The position numbers and the translations under genes are program-made. Shown piece after piece: positions 40,159 to 53,924 of a DNA stretch of 64,000 bases (the stretch's first letter is position 1; each line of letters opens with the position of its first letter). The notes beneath the pieces were generated by a model. The model was not told where the DNA came from and did not search any database. It worked only from the letters and a program-made list of their open reading frames with translations. The stretch comes from Chrysomallon squamiferum (Eukaryota > Animalia > Mollusca), in contig CM022667.1 in assembly GCA_012295275.1 (NCBI GenBank), forward strand, positions 20,708,001-20,772,000, in the 5' to 3' direction.

Positions 40159-40268
40159 TCTAAACGCTTGACGTAATTCTTCTTCCTCGTCTTCCTCTGT
40201 ATTCTCACTTATTCCTCCCATATTGGCCATTACCTGAACAAATTCTTCAAAGGAAAATGTTCCATCAC
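40159..40268 (-). CDS. Calmodulin-like protein exon (EF-hand 2 and linker)
   Basis: 110 nt; DGTFSFEEFVQVMANMGGISENTEEDEEEELRQAFR; tttgtag| and AGA|GTGAGT. Confidence 0.95.
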
Positions 40269-40642
40269 CTACAAAAATATATCAGGTAAAGCGCTTAAGT
40301 AGTCACCAAAGTACTAATATTAGTAATTAACAAGTTGTATTAAAAATAAGATTTCCTGTTATTGAAAAAATGTTATAAAACGCTTAGCCAGATTGTATGT
40401 AATAAAAAAAATAAAAGTATAAGTCTGTTTTAGACATTTTAGAAGAAAAAAACATTGTATAAACGGCAGTAAATAGGTTATTAATGACAAGATATCAAAA
40501 CTTTCAGAATTCGTTTAAAAGAAAGCTTTACATTATTTTTATTAAATGTATTTATTTATTTATTCATTTATTTATTTATTATTGTATTTTGTTATTTCTA
40601 CATTGCTGTCTGTTGTCCGTGTTGCATGTGTGGATGACTTAC

Positions 40643-40786
40643 CGTCTATATCTATTTCTTTAATCATCTCTTTCAGTTCTTCTGTATTAGGAAACTGACC
40701 CAGATTTCTCATCACTGTTCCCAGCTCATCAGTGGAAATGGAACCATCTCCGTCTCTGTCGAACAGACCAAAAGCTTCGCGAAGCT
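40643..40786 (-). CDS. Calmodulin-like protein exon (EF-hand 1 and start of EF-hand 2)
   Basis: 144 nt; [49 protein letters not shown]; ttcag| and G|GTAAGT. Confidence 0.95.
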
Positions 40787-41041
40787 CTGAACATTAAAGG
40801 AAATAAAGAAGGAACCGAAAGTGAGAAACTGAAATTAACTGATACAAGTATTTTTTTTCTTTTCTGGGTTTTTCGTGATAGTTTTTTTTTTTTTTTTTTT
40901 TTTTTTTTTATTTTAAAGAACAGAAAATAATTTTCTTTTATATTTGGGTTCAAAACTGTGTATAAAGTTGAGAGAAATTTTAATAAAACCTTATTAAAAT
41001 ATAAAAAATAAAAATATTTAAATAATTATATAAAATCTCAC

Positions 41042-41084
41042 CTATTATTTGTCTTTCTGAGTATTTGTCCAAAATACTTTCTTC
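41042..41084 (-). CDS. Calmodulin-like protein exon (EESILDKYSERQII)
   Basis: ttttgtag|GAA..ATAG|GTGAGA; 43 nt, phase 0 to 1; equivalent to the calmodulin LTEEQIA exon. Confidence 0.8.
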
Positions 41085-41281
41085 CTACAAAATAAGAAAT
41101 TAATTTATCAAATATTCCTGACAATTGTTTTTCGTTAGTATTGATATTTAACTCGATTATCTGCTCTTTTATTTTTAATACTAACCCCGTGAACAGATAT
41201 CGTTCTATATTCAGTGACATACGTTATAACGAAGGATTTATATATTTAAAAAATATTTTAAATATTAGTTGTTGCTTTATT

Positions 41282-41326
<45 letters not shown>

Positions 41327-41582
41327 TATTCGTTTGTTTTGTTGTTTCTTGCTGGTGTTTTTTTGTTGGTTTTTTGTTTGAGGGGGTTGTTATTTTTGTT
41401 TTATTTATTTATTTTTATTAAAAAAAAAAATTGTTGTTGTTGCTTTGTGTTTTGGGGTTTTTTTTAAGGTGGTAAGGTTTCGAAAGTATGATAAATTATT
41501 TTTATATTTTTAGATATGTCTTTAATACATTATTTTTATTTTTGTAGATGTGTCTTTAATACAATTTAAATTTGGAATACAT

Positions 41583-41663
41583 ATGGAAATGGAAAAAAAT
41601 TAATGCTAATCAGAGCAATTTGCTTTCTGACAGGTCAGCGGGCGCGTCCGTCGCATGGAATAC
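41583..41663 (-). repeat. Second copy of the 35.1 kb repeat, in an intron of the calmodulin-like gene
   Basis: Reverse complement matches 35128-35239 except for a missing segment of about 30 bp. Confidence 0.75.
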
Positions 41664-42724
41664 ATATTACAGTTCTCAGTTTTATAGTAACTGGTCCAAA
41701 GTGCCCCACTTAGTGTCCAACGTACACGTGACATTCTTTCACTGTCAATTTTCACCAGTATGTTCTTGTTTGACCACAACTAAATTTGGGCAAAAACAAA
41801 ACAAGTTTTTACTCTTTCGTCTCAGTCATATTTTTATTTTTTATTTTTTGTATTATTCTGGAATGCAGGCTAAAGGAAATAACTGGTTACTGTCTAAAGA
41901 TTTAAACTGATACTTTAAGAATTTAGCCAGTTATTCAGGACGTAACTTGTGCGTGCAGTGATTACTAAATGAGGATTAGAAAACTGATTACATTTGCAAC
42001 TGAAACAATAAAGAGCCAGCGTGCTGCCTACATTTTATTTCATTTTAGCAACAAAGACGAAACTGATGTATATTTTATGACTTAAGTAAGATGAAGTAAG
42101 ATGAAAATTTCAAACAAGGTCAGTGCTTAAAGTTTTTATCTCTTTAAAGTACATTTTTTCTATCGAATAAAATGAACATGCCAATCGATTTGACATAAAT
42201 ATGCTAGTACTGGCGTCTTCTTCAGTCAGGACTCTTGATTTTTAATACGAGATTACTACGCTTTTCTAAATTACGTTTCACGAATTTCTAAATGTATTAT
42301 TCACTTTGCTAGCTAAAAATCAGATCGATGCCACCGTTAGAAAACACTGAAGCCAACGAAGATTCTGGGGTCTTACAAACACGATGTCATCCTGATTCAA
42401 AGTCATGGTTAACAATGGTTAAAGATTTTCACGTGATCTTCACAAAATCGGTTCTTTGTCAGTTATATCTGGTGACAATTTGTTTTGTACAGGCCTACCT
42501 TATTGTAGTAATACTCTCATACTGCTGCATATACACTTTGGATCAACAACTTTTTGTCGTATTAGGAATACATTATTAGCAGTCGATATATTTTAGAATG
42601 TAATGTTTATTTTTAGACTTAAATTTGAACAGGCGTTTCATATCACGGATTTAGCTATTTTACTTAAATCCCAGCAAATCAAATATTAAAGTAAATTATT
42701 ATTACTATTATTATACAATTGTTG

Positions 42725-42800
<76 letters not shown>

Positions 42801-43281
42801 GTTAATACTAACATTACTTTAACAGCTGACATAATTTAAGTTTGGAATTAAGTGACTTTATTTTTCACTAATAGGATGCCGAAATGAAATAAAATAAAAT
42901 AATGTGATCATTGTATATGACAGGTTAGAATAAAGAGATAAATAGTATTGATAAATATTTTTCAAACAGTTTCGCTGCAGTGTGTTAGGTCTGGAAGCCT
43001 GAAAAGGGTCTGAACAGCAGCAGACAAAGTAAATATCGTTTGTAAATTTACTGTATTGATTTTGTTTTATTGCTTCCTCTGCGAGGTCCAGTTACCAAGG
43101 TATCTGCTCTTCTATTGTTTTCTTCTCACACTGACAATGTCATTAGTTTTAAACGACTTTTTTAGTCACGTTTTTACATTAAAAAATTATTCAAAATTAT
43201 ACTGTGTATATGTATTTATATTATTTTTAAGTCACGTTTTAATTCAAACTATACATTAAAAATTATTCAAAATTCTGTATG

Positions 43282-43353
<72 letters not shown>

Positions 43354-43354
43354 G

Positions 43355-43386
<32 letters not shown>

Positions 43387-43706
43387 TGTGTATGCGTATT
43401 TAGGGGATTTATGTGAATATAATGTAAAAAACCCATTTATGTGTGATGTATGTGACTCTAGAATATATTGATAAGGTTTTATATTCTACTAATATTAACT
43501 CTTTTTTTCCCCCAGTGCATTATTATTCTACTAGATATTACTGTTACTACTTCTACTAGTTACTACTGTTACTACTTCTAGAACTACAAGTCAGTTGCAC
43601 ATCTGCACATGACTTTACAACTTCTAGTGAATGTAACTACACCTACAACGACTGCGACTAATATTTAAGCGACAGACGAATAAAAAAAAAAAGTACTAAT
43701 ACTAAC

Positions 43707-43712
43707 CGTCAT
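43707..43712 (-). CDS. Calmodulin-like protein, putative first coding exon (ATG ACG)
   Basis: AAAATGACG|GTTAGT, a phase-0 donor compatible with the next exon. A possible acceptor tttctttag| at 43770 means the N-terminus could be longer. Confidence 0.5.
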
Positions 43713-45235
43713 TTTGTTTGCTGTCTGAAGACTGCTAATCGATGTAGCTGTCAGATACTTAATACTCCGCTAAAGAAACTGGTCACGTTCTATTGACGAA
43801 TTACAGTAAAAACATCTCCTAGAATAAGTACCTTACTTAGAGCTGACGACATCCACTGCGTTCAACACAGCAACTACCAGCTGACCTGCTCTTGCACCAG
43901 ATGGTGTTGGGAAACGATCAATATTAATCAATTAGTTGTCAACTCACAATAAATCGATGGAAGAAGTGCCGGTCCGTAATTGGGTACGTCGTGGAAAATC
44001 TTTCATTCCTCTGTTAGGAATTTCGGGACAATTTAGATCTTTTATACAGTGCGAGATTTGTTTCATTGTAAAACTGTCCCCACCTTATCCAGTAGAAAGA
44101 CAACGACAGAAGTTATCTGGTAACATTCCTGTCTAGCGGGTTGAGAAAAGATACGAGACTGTTAGATCAACTACTTATCTAGAAGACGATTAATAAGTAT
44201 TAAAATATTGTTAAATAACGTCACTATTTTTCCAGATCTTGTCAATATTACATATATATCTGGCATGTATTTAATTTGTATTCATATTGTACAACAGTAT
44301 ATACGCTGAAAGAAATAACCTCTATATCAGAAAATCAAACAATGACGTATAGATTTTTGGATGTCAATAAAACTACGCTTCAGTTCATTTAATGATATTC
44401 ATTTTGCTAACTTGTACAGACTGTGTATTTCAATAATAAATATTGATAATCTCACTTAAAAATGTAGATTATTTATCTATGCCCACAAACATATTTTTCT
44501 AATGAGTAACATATGTTTTGCCATTAGTTATGTTACATCTTAGTAGTTTTTAGTTTTACTCTTTTTATTTTATTTTATTTTGATTTTTTTTAAATTAGAA
44601 TTATTAATCATCATCATCATCATCATTATCATCATCATTATTATTTTTATTATTGTTGTTGTTGTTGTTTTTCAAATTGTATTTTATTTATTTTAAACAG
44701 ACATTTCCTAATTCATAAATATAGTTATATTATACATATATAAATAAATTACGTTCTTTAGTTAATTCAGATTTAATACTGGCTGTTTGGATATAACTAA
44801 CTTCTGTTTTTTCATTAACATTTCCACGTGAACAGTCTCTCTGAACATCGAGCGGGTAACTGTCGAATAATATTTAAAGGGATGCAACTCCAAAGGGATT
44901 ATCCTGGATAATTTAGAAATAATAATAAAAATAAATAAATTAATTAAAAATTAAAATAAATAAATAAATAAATAAATAAATAAATCAATAAAATTGTAAA
45001 TATGAAATTTTTATTATTGTAATTTTATGAAATACCTAGATAACAGGTTATTATTTTGTGGCCAGTTTAACTTGGAAGGCATCTAAATATTTACGAGGAG
45101 CGATGGTCGCACGTATTATTATAATTATCATTATATAAACAAATTATTTCAGTTTTAAAATGTCCTACCCATCATTTCAAGTTTTTTATTCACAAAGAAA
45201 CAGAAAACAGGAAATTATACCCATGTTCAGGCTGA

Positions 45236-45283
<48 letters not shown>

Positions 45284-48200
45284 TAATTCCTTTTTCCTTC
45301 GATTTTATATTTTATTTGTTTAAATTAAAAATTATTCCTTTTTTATTATTACGATTATTATTTTTTTTAAGATAGCATTATTTCTTTCTTTAGTTAACTT
45401 CATTTCATTTTATTTTATTTTTATTATTTTTTTTAATTATTTTTTTATTGTAATTGTTTTCTTCTTCCTCTTCCTTTATCTGGTGTCAACTCTCATAGTT
45501 AGTAAAATGGATTTCTTTTTTGTCTTTTGGGAAATAAAGTCAGATTGATGAATCGTGAAGGAAATTTCCCACACATTAATTACATTGAAGCAAATTTGCT
45601 TTCTCGATCAGCGTACATTTTTTTTTTATAGCACACTTTCTTTTTCAGTAAAATTATAGCGTTCGTTTGAGACCAAGAGTGGATTTATCGCTGAAATTTT
45701 CGCAGGATTAATAGCAGTTTATTAAAATATATCAATGTGTAATTTGTTGATCGTTTCGAGGGTGACTCTCTGCTGGTAAATGATAAGCTGGTTAGCTGTG
45801 GTCGCCCGTCTGTGTTTGTTTCTCTGTCGCTTCAAGATTTGCTGGCAGATTAAAGTGATTAGCTGATGTTGGTCCGCTATTGTTTTGTTTGTTTGTTTGT
45901 TTGTTTGTTTGTGTGTGTGTTTTTTTTTTTTTTTTTTTTTTTGTATTTTTGTCATCGTTGCAGTGGCGGCCTTCTGTGATCAAATTATAAGTGAAACCAG
46001 TGAAAGACGAGAAAAGCTATTCCGTTATGACTTTTAGAATCGCCTAGAGTCCGAACAATCAGTAAATGCTCACATTTGTTTAGAATTTAAGTTAACCCAA
46101 TGTCAGCCATGCGTGCGTTTGAAAATATCGACACACATTTAGTCTCATTTAAGATATTTAGATGTAACAGTTATTCATTTGAAATGACAGTTGACAAACA
46201 TTATAACGATCACCCTTTACTGACATTTAAAATAAATAAATAAATAAAAATCAAACCTGAAACCCCAGAAACAATACAATTTTAATAATTAAATTACATT
46301 TCATCTCTTGGATATGGTTCTCTTTCTGCACAACTAAGTTTAGTTTTTTTAAGTAGTCCTTTCCGCTGTAGATATCAATAAATAATTATAGTTATAATAT
46401 TTATTATGTAACAAGCCAGTTCAGAAGATTATAATTGATGTTTAAATGTCCTGAATTGGTCTGACTGTGCATTTGATATTTAGCCAATAACTGTCAAATT
46501 ATTTATGGCTGATATAGACGTAAATTGTTAAAACAATTCACAAGAGTATTTATTGTTCCAGCATATAGTTTTTCTGATGTGGATGACTTTAAACGTCATA
46601 ACAGAGAAACATGTATTAACTTAAAGCAGGCTGACACCGGCTAGCCATCAGTTTAATATCACGTGTCAACAGAGGGCCGTCATGGAAACGTCGGGCAAAC
46701 AGCCAGCGGGCGAACACTGGGTAACCCAGGCCCTCACCCAGTGAAAGCGAGGACAGGTTATTCTGCCGAGACCCGTCCTTGCATGTGTAAATAAAATGAG
46801 ACGACGTAAAATGTTTTCGCAGTTATGGCGCGTTCCATGTCGCAATGTGCAGTAGACGTAATGTCGATAAATGCGGATCCGTTCTGATAGACGCTAACTT
46901 CATTATCTCCCTTGTCAATTACGTCCAAGAATGAAGTAAAATGTATCTCCTGCTTCTAGGAAGGGGACATGTACCCTAGCAACTCCGATCCTTTTTCGCA
47001 CCTTCCCCCATAAACAGTTCTGCGTACGGTCCTGTAACCATTACTATGTCATCTACTTGCCGACAGAGAACCGCCTTTTGAAAACACGAGCAAACATGAC
47101 AGAGGCCAGATTAGACTTATTAAAGTGTTCTTTATTAAAGTAAATGAGCATAAAGAAAATAATAATAATAATAAAAATTAAAAAAAAAAAGAGAAGAAGA
47201 AAGAAAGAAAGTAAGAAAGAAAGAAAATATACATGGTTTTCGATGTGTAATTTACGTTATTATGGTAACTAATATAATATTTATAATCTAATTAAACACG
47301 GCTGGCTTCACAGAATTGTCCAGACGCCAGAGAAAGAGAAAAATCATTAATAATCCATTTTTGATCGTTAAGTGTAGTCTTATGGAACTTTTCATAGCCG
47401 AAGCATATTAACGATATTTTTTATAATATGATGTTAGTTCTTCGGTTAGAGCACTCATTACACGACCAGCTGTAACATTCTCATCAAGGTGATACATCCA
47501 GATTCTCACTACAACTAGGTTATTTAGTGCGTCTGTGACATATTCCATCCTAAACAGTAATACACGTCATTGTTGACGTCATCATATTCGCTTTATAGCG
47601 CAACATTCTCAAGGAAATTTCATTCATTCTGTCATACCTTACGTTAGTCAGCAAAGTCCCCTCTGTCATAGCAAAAGAGCGTTGAAATCAAACTTTGCTT
47701 TAAAAAGTTAAACAAATCAGTGTCCTCCCAAGTGACATATACCACTTCCATAAGTTAGTCTTAATGGTTCAGTACATTAATAATAATTTGACTTGAATAA
47801 TATATACGGCAAATAAAATAACAGTCGATACACTTGAGATTACAGAATAGTTTTATCACTATTTTATTATTTTATATTTTAATATTTTACCACTCAATAA
47901 TACATTAGCTCAAGTGTGAATGAAAGACTTCCAGATTACCGCGTGTTCTGGCTCAAATGATGGATCAACATCATCAAGGCGTGTAAGAATCATGATAGAT
48001 TACGTCTGTGACTAACTATCGTATACAATCAATGGAGAATATAGGATGCTGGCGTTAAAGATAATAATAATCTTATATAATATAAAAGAAATGCTTATCT
48101 CAAGTGAAATAAACTGAAAGGGGATTTTTTTCAGTGAGGTAACCGCAGCGCTACTCTGTTATAATACGTACATTATCTTTACATTTATTAATGCCTTTTG

Positions 48201-49955
48201 AAGATTACAAATACTATTTTGTAGCTGCTTATATAGAATTAACTTAGGTAGGCATAAGAAAATAATGTAAATAGCTACTGTCCAGTTAAAAAAGTTCTAC
48301 TGTAACTAAAATAGCGAACTGATTAACATATTTAACTCGTTGTTGGAGGTAGCTTTATATATAAAATGGATGCCTGTCTTAAAAGAAGATCGTCTTTTCG
48401 GAGGTAGCCAACCAAATCATTAGTATGTGCGTTTATTGCATGAGAAGTAAAATGTTCAAATACACGTGTACAAGTTTGCGAAAGACACCTCAACAGCTAT
48501 AGCAATATTAGTAATAGATTGTTGTAGTTGTAGTTGTTGTTATTGAAAATGAAATGCTAGTTGTAGCTGATAGTAGAATAAAACAGCAGTAGTAATAATA
48601 ATAGTAGCAGTTGTGGTAGTAGTAGTAGACCTAGTAGGTGCTCTGTTATTTGTTTTGTTTTTTAAATTTGTTTTTTTATTAATTATTATTTTTATTTTTT
48701 TTTTTTTTTTTCTGTCTTTCTTTCTTCTTCTTCTTGTATGTATTCTGTATTGATTTATGAATTTGACCTAAATGTGGTTTCTGCGTATGACGTCATTATT
48801 GGAAATGTGAAAATGCTGGCGACATCTTTTTTGTTTTTAATGGAATTAGAGAAACAGACCACAAAAATATCAACAGCTGCAGTGATAGATAATTCATTAA
48901 GACCAATGGGGAAATTTACATCTATAATAATCAATGAAATATAAATGATAAAATTATACAGACCAGAAATGGTTAGAAGAAATAATTTAATGAATCAATT
49001 AGTATTAACTTCAATAAAACGAACTTTTGTGATCGTTTTGTTATTTTTATTTATTTATTTATTTTGTACAATGATATATCTGATTGTAAAGGTCTGTTTA
49101 CTCACAAGTAATTATCACTAGGTTTGTATTCAGTAACTTGTCTGTTTTGTTGCTTAGCACTACGACAGCTGTATGTTCACTAACTGAAATCTGTCAACGC
49201 GATTACTAATCAAATAAATCTTACAGTCGTCAGTGCATTTAATCTTATCGAAAAGAGAAAAATATCTATTTTTTCAGAAAACTCATAATACTTCAAGCAG
49301 GCATTCTTTTTCTTATTCTTTTCTTCTTCTTTTTTCTTTTTTTTTTTTGTTTGTTAATGAAGAGCAATGAAGCATTAATGAAATAAAATCAAAGAATGAA
49401 AGAAAGAAAATAAAAAAGAAGAAGAAGTAGAAAAGAAAAGTATAAAGCCTCTTATAAATATTTCATAAATATTGCATATTTGTATTTATGATTCTGCTGT
49501 CAGTTATTCACGATTATCAGGTAAAGATATTCATGATAAATGAAAAAAGAAAGCAATAACAGTCTATTTTAAAACACAAATAATGGTATCTACGTAAAAT
49601 CAGTCAATCTTTATGGAAAGTTTAATCTTTAATAAAACAAAGAATTATTTATTTATTTATTTATTTATTCTGTTTTCTTTTTTTCTTCTGTTTTTTTATT
49701 GCCTTTAATTATTATTGTTATTAATATCATCATCACCATCATTATCATTTCTAATTTTATATATATATATATATATATTTGTTCAGTTTGCCACTAATAA
49801 TAGATTAAAACAACCACACAAAACATATATAAGATACAAGATTCAATATGAGACAAAAAGATTTTTGTTCTATAATCAGATGCATCGAGTGTGAATGTTT
49901 TACTTTACAGTGTAATGTACTAGGACTATTTCGCTGAGGCTATCTAGTTCTGTTA

Positions 49956-50097
49956 TTAACTTTGTGGGCGTCTTTCCCTCAGGCCGGGCTCCGAGTCCGC
50001 GCGGCGTTTAGAGTGGGTTTTAGCGATGGACTGCTGATAACTGTACAGCTGTTTCTCCAAGGCATAGTTTTCTGCTTGCAGAGCCATGATCTCCCTC
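49956..50097 (-). CDS. MATH-like protein coding exon 3 (coiled coil, stop)
   Basis: tttcag|G completes TGG; WREIMALQAENYALEKQLYSYQQSIAKTHSKRRADSEPGLRERRPQS then TAA. Total CDS 1389 nt (462 aa). Confidence 0.88.
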
Positions 50098-50729
50098 CTG
50101 AAATTGAAAGAAAGTCAAATTATGAGACAACGTAAATTAACTGTTATTATACTAACAGAGCTTTCTTTCTTTGTCCAAAGCATGGTTTTATGTTTGCAGA
50201 GCTTTCTTTCGAAAGTGAAAGTAAAATTAAGACACAAAAAAAATGGGACATCGAAAATAAAATATACTAACATAGCTTTCGTCAGTCTTTTTCAAAAATA
50301 GCTGAGACTGATTTTATATTCTAATCGTCATAAATGCGAATGTTGTTCTATTCTAATAGTTGTCGTCATCACTAATTAGATATGTTAGTATCCGCCATTA
50401 TTGACTGGTTCTCTGTCAGTCGTCAGTTACAGCTGACAAAGACAAAATATTAATAATGACATTCGAGGCAATTCAGACTGCAGTATTTATAAATGTTTAA
50501 AAAGTCGTGTGGTGTTTATTCCATAATCTGAACAAGATTTCTGCTGAATTATGCAAATACTGACAGGATGGAGACACATTTAAATTCAGCAACAACAGAA
50601 TAACACAGACCAGAAACAAAAGCAGCAAAAGCGTATCGCTGAAAAATCCTAGTATATTTCAAAAAGCATTATTAATTACATAATAAAAGAAATTTGTTAC
50701 ATTTTTTATTTGTAGGAATAAGTAATATG

Positions 50730-50922
50730 TATGTAAGTAATTATAATAGACGCATTTGTTTTAAGCAAAACTGAAATATATAGATCAGTATTTCTGTTTA
50801 TTTCTGTTTTAGTTATAGCGTATGTAAGTAATTATTATAGATGTATGTTTGATCTTAAACAAACTAAAATTATATAGATCAGTATTTCTATTTATTTCTA
50901 TTTTTGTTATAGCGTATGTAAA
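50730..50922. repeat. Imperfect tandem duplication of about 91-95 bp
   Basis: tatgtaagtaattat..atagatcagtatttct..gttatagcgtatgtaa occurs twice. Confidence 0.8.
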
Positions 50923-52127
50923 TATTTGGTATGGATGTATCTGTATTTATGTGTATATGGTGTTAGATGGTGTGTACATACGAATGAATGTGAGTATAGA
51001 GTATGTTCAGACTGTAGTTCATTAATATAGTTTTATATTTCTCTATCTGTAGCTATCTATTTATCTAATCTATCTTTCTATCTATCTGTGTGTGTGTGTG
51101 CGTAAATGTGTTAGTGTGTTTGTGTATGTGTGTATCATGTGTATGGTGTTAAGTGTATGGTGTGGGTGTGTGTGTTGAAACTTTTGTCACGATAATAATG
51201 TTTAGCCTTGGTGAATAGGATGATAATTGGGATATTTTACGAAACGACTGGTAATTGCAGGCTTAATGATAAATTTACACTTAGTCTAACAGTCGTGTTA
51301 ATACATTTCACACTAAACTAGCAGTATCGACAATCGCGGGCTCGGTACACCAGGGCGCGTGAGCAGACACTGCGGACGATAATGGGTCATTTCGCGAGTT
51401 TACTTTCGGCAAACAATATCGACAATCCAGGCTTAGATATCCACTTCCAACCGCAGGCTTCATTTTCAATAATAATTTTAACAGAAAATGAGTTTCTTCC
51501 TTCGATCGGACGTACATAAAACGGTTAATAATTGGGGACAGTGATAAATTTGTCACCTCATTATCGCAACAAGAAATACGATTTTTCGAAAGTGTGTTGA
51601 ATCGTAAATCATGTAACATGATTTACGTTTTCATCAGTGCATTTTTGATTACTGTCAGATCAAATCTGAAAACGACACACAAAAAGAGTGTAAAGCTGAA
51701 AGCAGAAATGTTCTGTGTTTTTAAACTCTCTGGATTTTTGCAATTTAGAACAGAGGATATTTATTTATTATCTTCATCGTTAATGCAATTTGTTTTATAA
51801 AGTCATAACACAAGTTATGTAATCAGAATCCTAACATGCGTCATATCTGTGTGTTTGTAATTGTATAATAATGAATAATTCATATTAAATAGTATTTAAA
51901 AATCACATAATCAATATACTTTGTTTGTATCAATATTTAAGACCAAAAGCTTGTTTCAGTATGTGTAATGAATGGCTGTAAATTCGTTCATTTCGTGAAA
52001 TGCGTGGAATTCTCAGTCATTGCGCGTGTTGATTGGTGGTCACGGGAACTTGGCTGAATGACTGATTTGTTTAGACTTTATGACTGGTTTCACAGACTGA
52101 CTCTAATATACAGGTAAAACAATTTAC

Positions 52128-52270
52128 CACATTTGTTGTTTGTGAATTCTCGGTACATCGTCTAGGCAGTTGTAGGTTGGCTGTACGAGCAAGTGTGAGT
52201 CAACCCAGTCAATCTGCACTGTGAGTTTTCTCTCTTCAGAACTCAGATAAATACTGTCTGGATCCATCAG
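52128..52270 (-). CDS. MATH-like protein coding exon 2
   Basis: tttcag|CTG; LMDPDSIYLSSEERKLTVQIDWVDSHLLVQPTYNCLDDVPRIHKQQM; TG|GTAAAT, phase 2. Confidence 0.88.
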
Positions 52271-52747
52271 CTGAAATAACACACAGAAAACAATATCTGA
52301 GTAAATAAATAGACACAAATTAGACATTTTGTTTAAGATACACACGTATAAACATATACATACTCGCATACTTACATACACACACACATATGATCACACA
52401 TTCTCACACATCACAGATACACACGTGAGACGCACCCATGCACGCACACATATATACATATACTGTGTACAGGTATTGATTTTTTTTTTTTTAACAACTC
52501 GTAGTGCAATATATTTCATTATATTACTAATAAAGAGATCAGCGATATCGAACTGTTAGACCAAGTAATAATTCAGTTAATTCGAATAATAAAGGAGTTA
52601 ATTTGACTCGCTACAGTCCTGCTTCACGCCTCGAACGTCTTGAGTACTTCATAAACGTCCCCTTCTGACATTATGGCTTTCCAGAAAGGAGAATTGATAC
52701 CCCAGAGACTTGTCTTCATTTTGTAGTCTCAGAAAAAATAGAGACAG

Positions 52748-52793
<46 letters not shown>

Positions 52794-53065
52794 TCGAATA
52801 AAAAGAGAGAAATAAGACGTCTCTTCCTAGGAATAGATCAATAATCGGGGACTGTTTTTCATTGTTTCACAGTTCTTAAAAATTAAGACCACAGACGACT
52901 AGTGAAGGCAAGATTCATTTAAGAAAAGTTACCGGAATAAACAAGCTGCGCTTGAATTTTCAAGCCAGGAAAAATCGAAGACCAAATGTTAACAAGAGTA
53001 TCTTTAACGTGTGATATATAACTTGTAATATGTCTTTGTCAAATATACTCTCTTTACACACACTC

Positions 53066-53216
<151 letters not shown>

Positions 53217-53924
53217 TATCTTGTTACCTTATAAAACTTCAGGTTGACAAATAGGTTTTTCGTTTCACATTTTTATTATTCAGTCTTAAACTATGACACT
53301 TTCTCTCAGACACTCATGATACTGCATTTCATATAATTAAGTGTATGTGCGTGCGTGTATAGCAGATTCACGCATTATGATTTCACTGAAGTTATACATC
53401 AAAACAAAATAGTTCTTAAATAAGGTTTTCAAAATGGTCTTTTAAGAGCTATAATTTATCAACTTTATCAAGTAATTTATCCAAATAAATATAATTATGT
53501 GTATATTTCTGGTCAGTGCCCGTAAATATAGAAATTTATCTAGTTATCATATCTTGCCACTAGCCATAGAGATTGCGGAATAAATATGTATATTTATCTG
53601 TAATGATGAATATTATGATGATGGTTGATCTGCTCAAAAAATAAACGGATCTGCGAAATTAAAACTCTGACAGTAACACGCAGGAAGGAAAATGGTGAAC
53701 AGCTGATATCCATAGAGTATCGAGATAAAACGAGGTGATTGAAAATGTTCGTGTGAAGCGTTTTTCTTCTTCTTCTTCTTTTTGTCGTTTTCAAATTACT
53801 ATTTAAATGATACTGCTTTAAAAAAGAAAGAAAAAAAGAAAAAGTAATTATAAAATGTACGCTGAGGAAGTATCTCATCAGTACAACCTTTAGTTGGGCT
53901 TGAGTTGTACGTGTATTTGTGTGA

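Noticed and set aside
42205-42240. Minus-strand LTEEDA peptide resembling the calmodulin N-terminal exon
   Set aside because: Weak donor and no pyrimidine tract; exon 41042-41084 fits phase and splice signals better.
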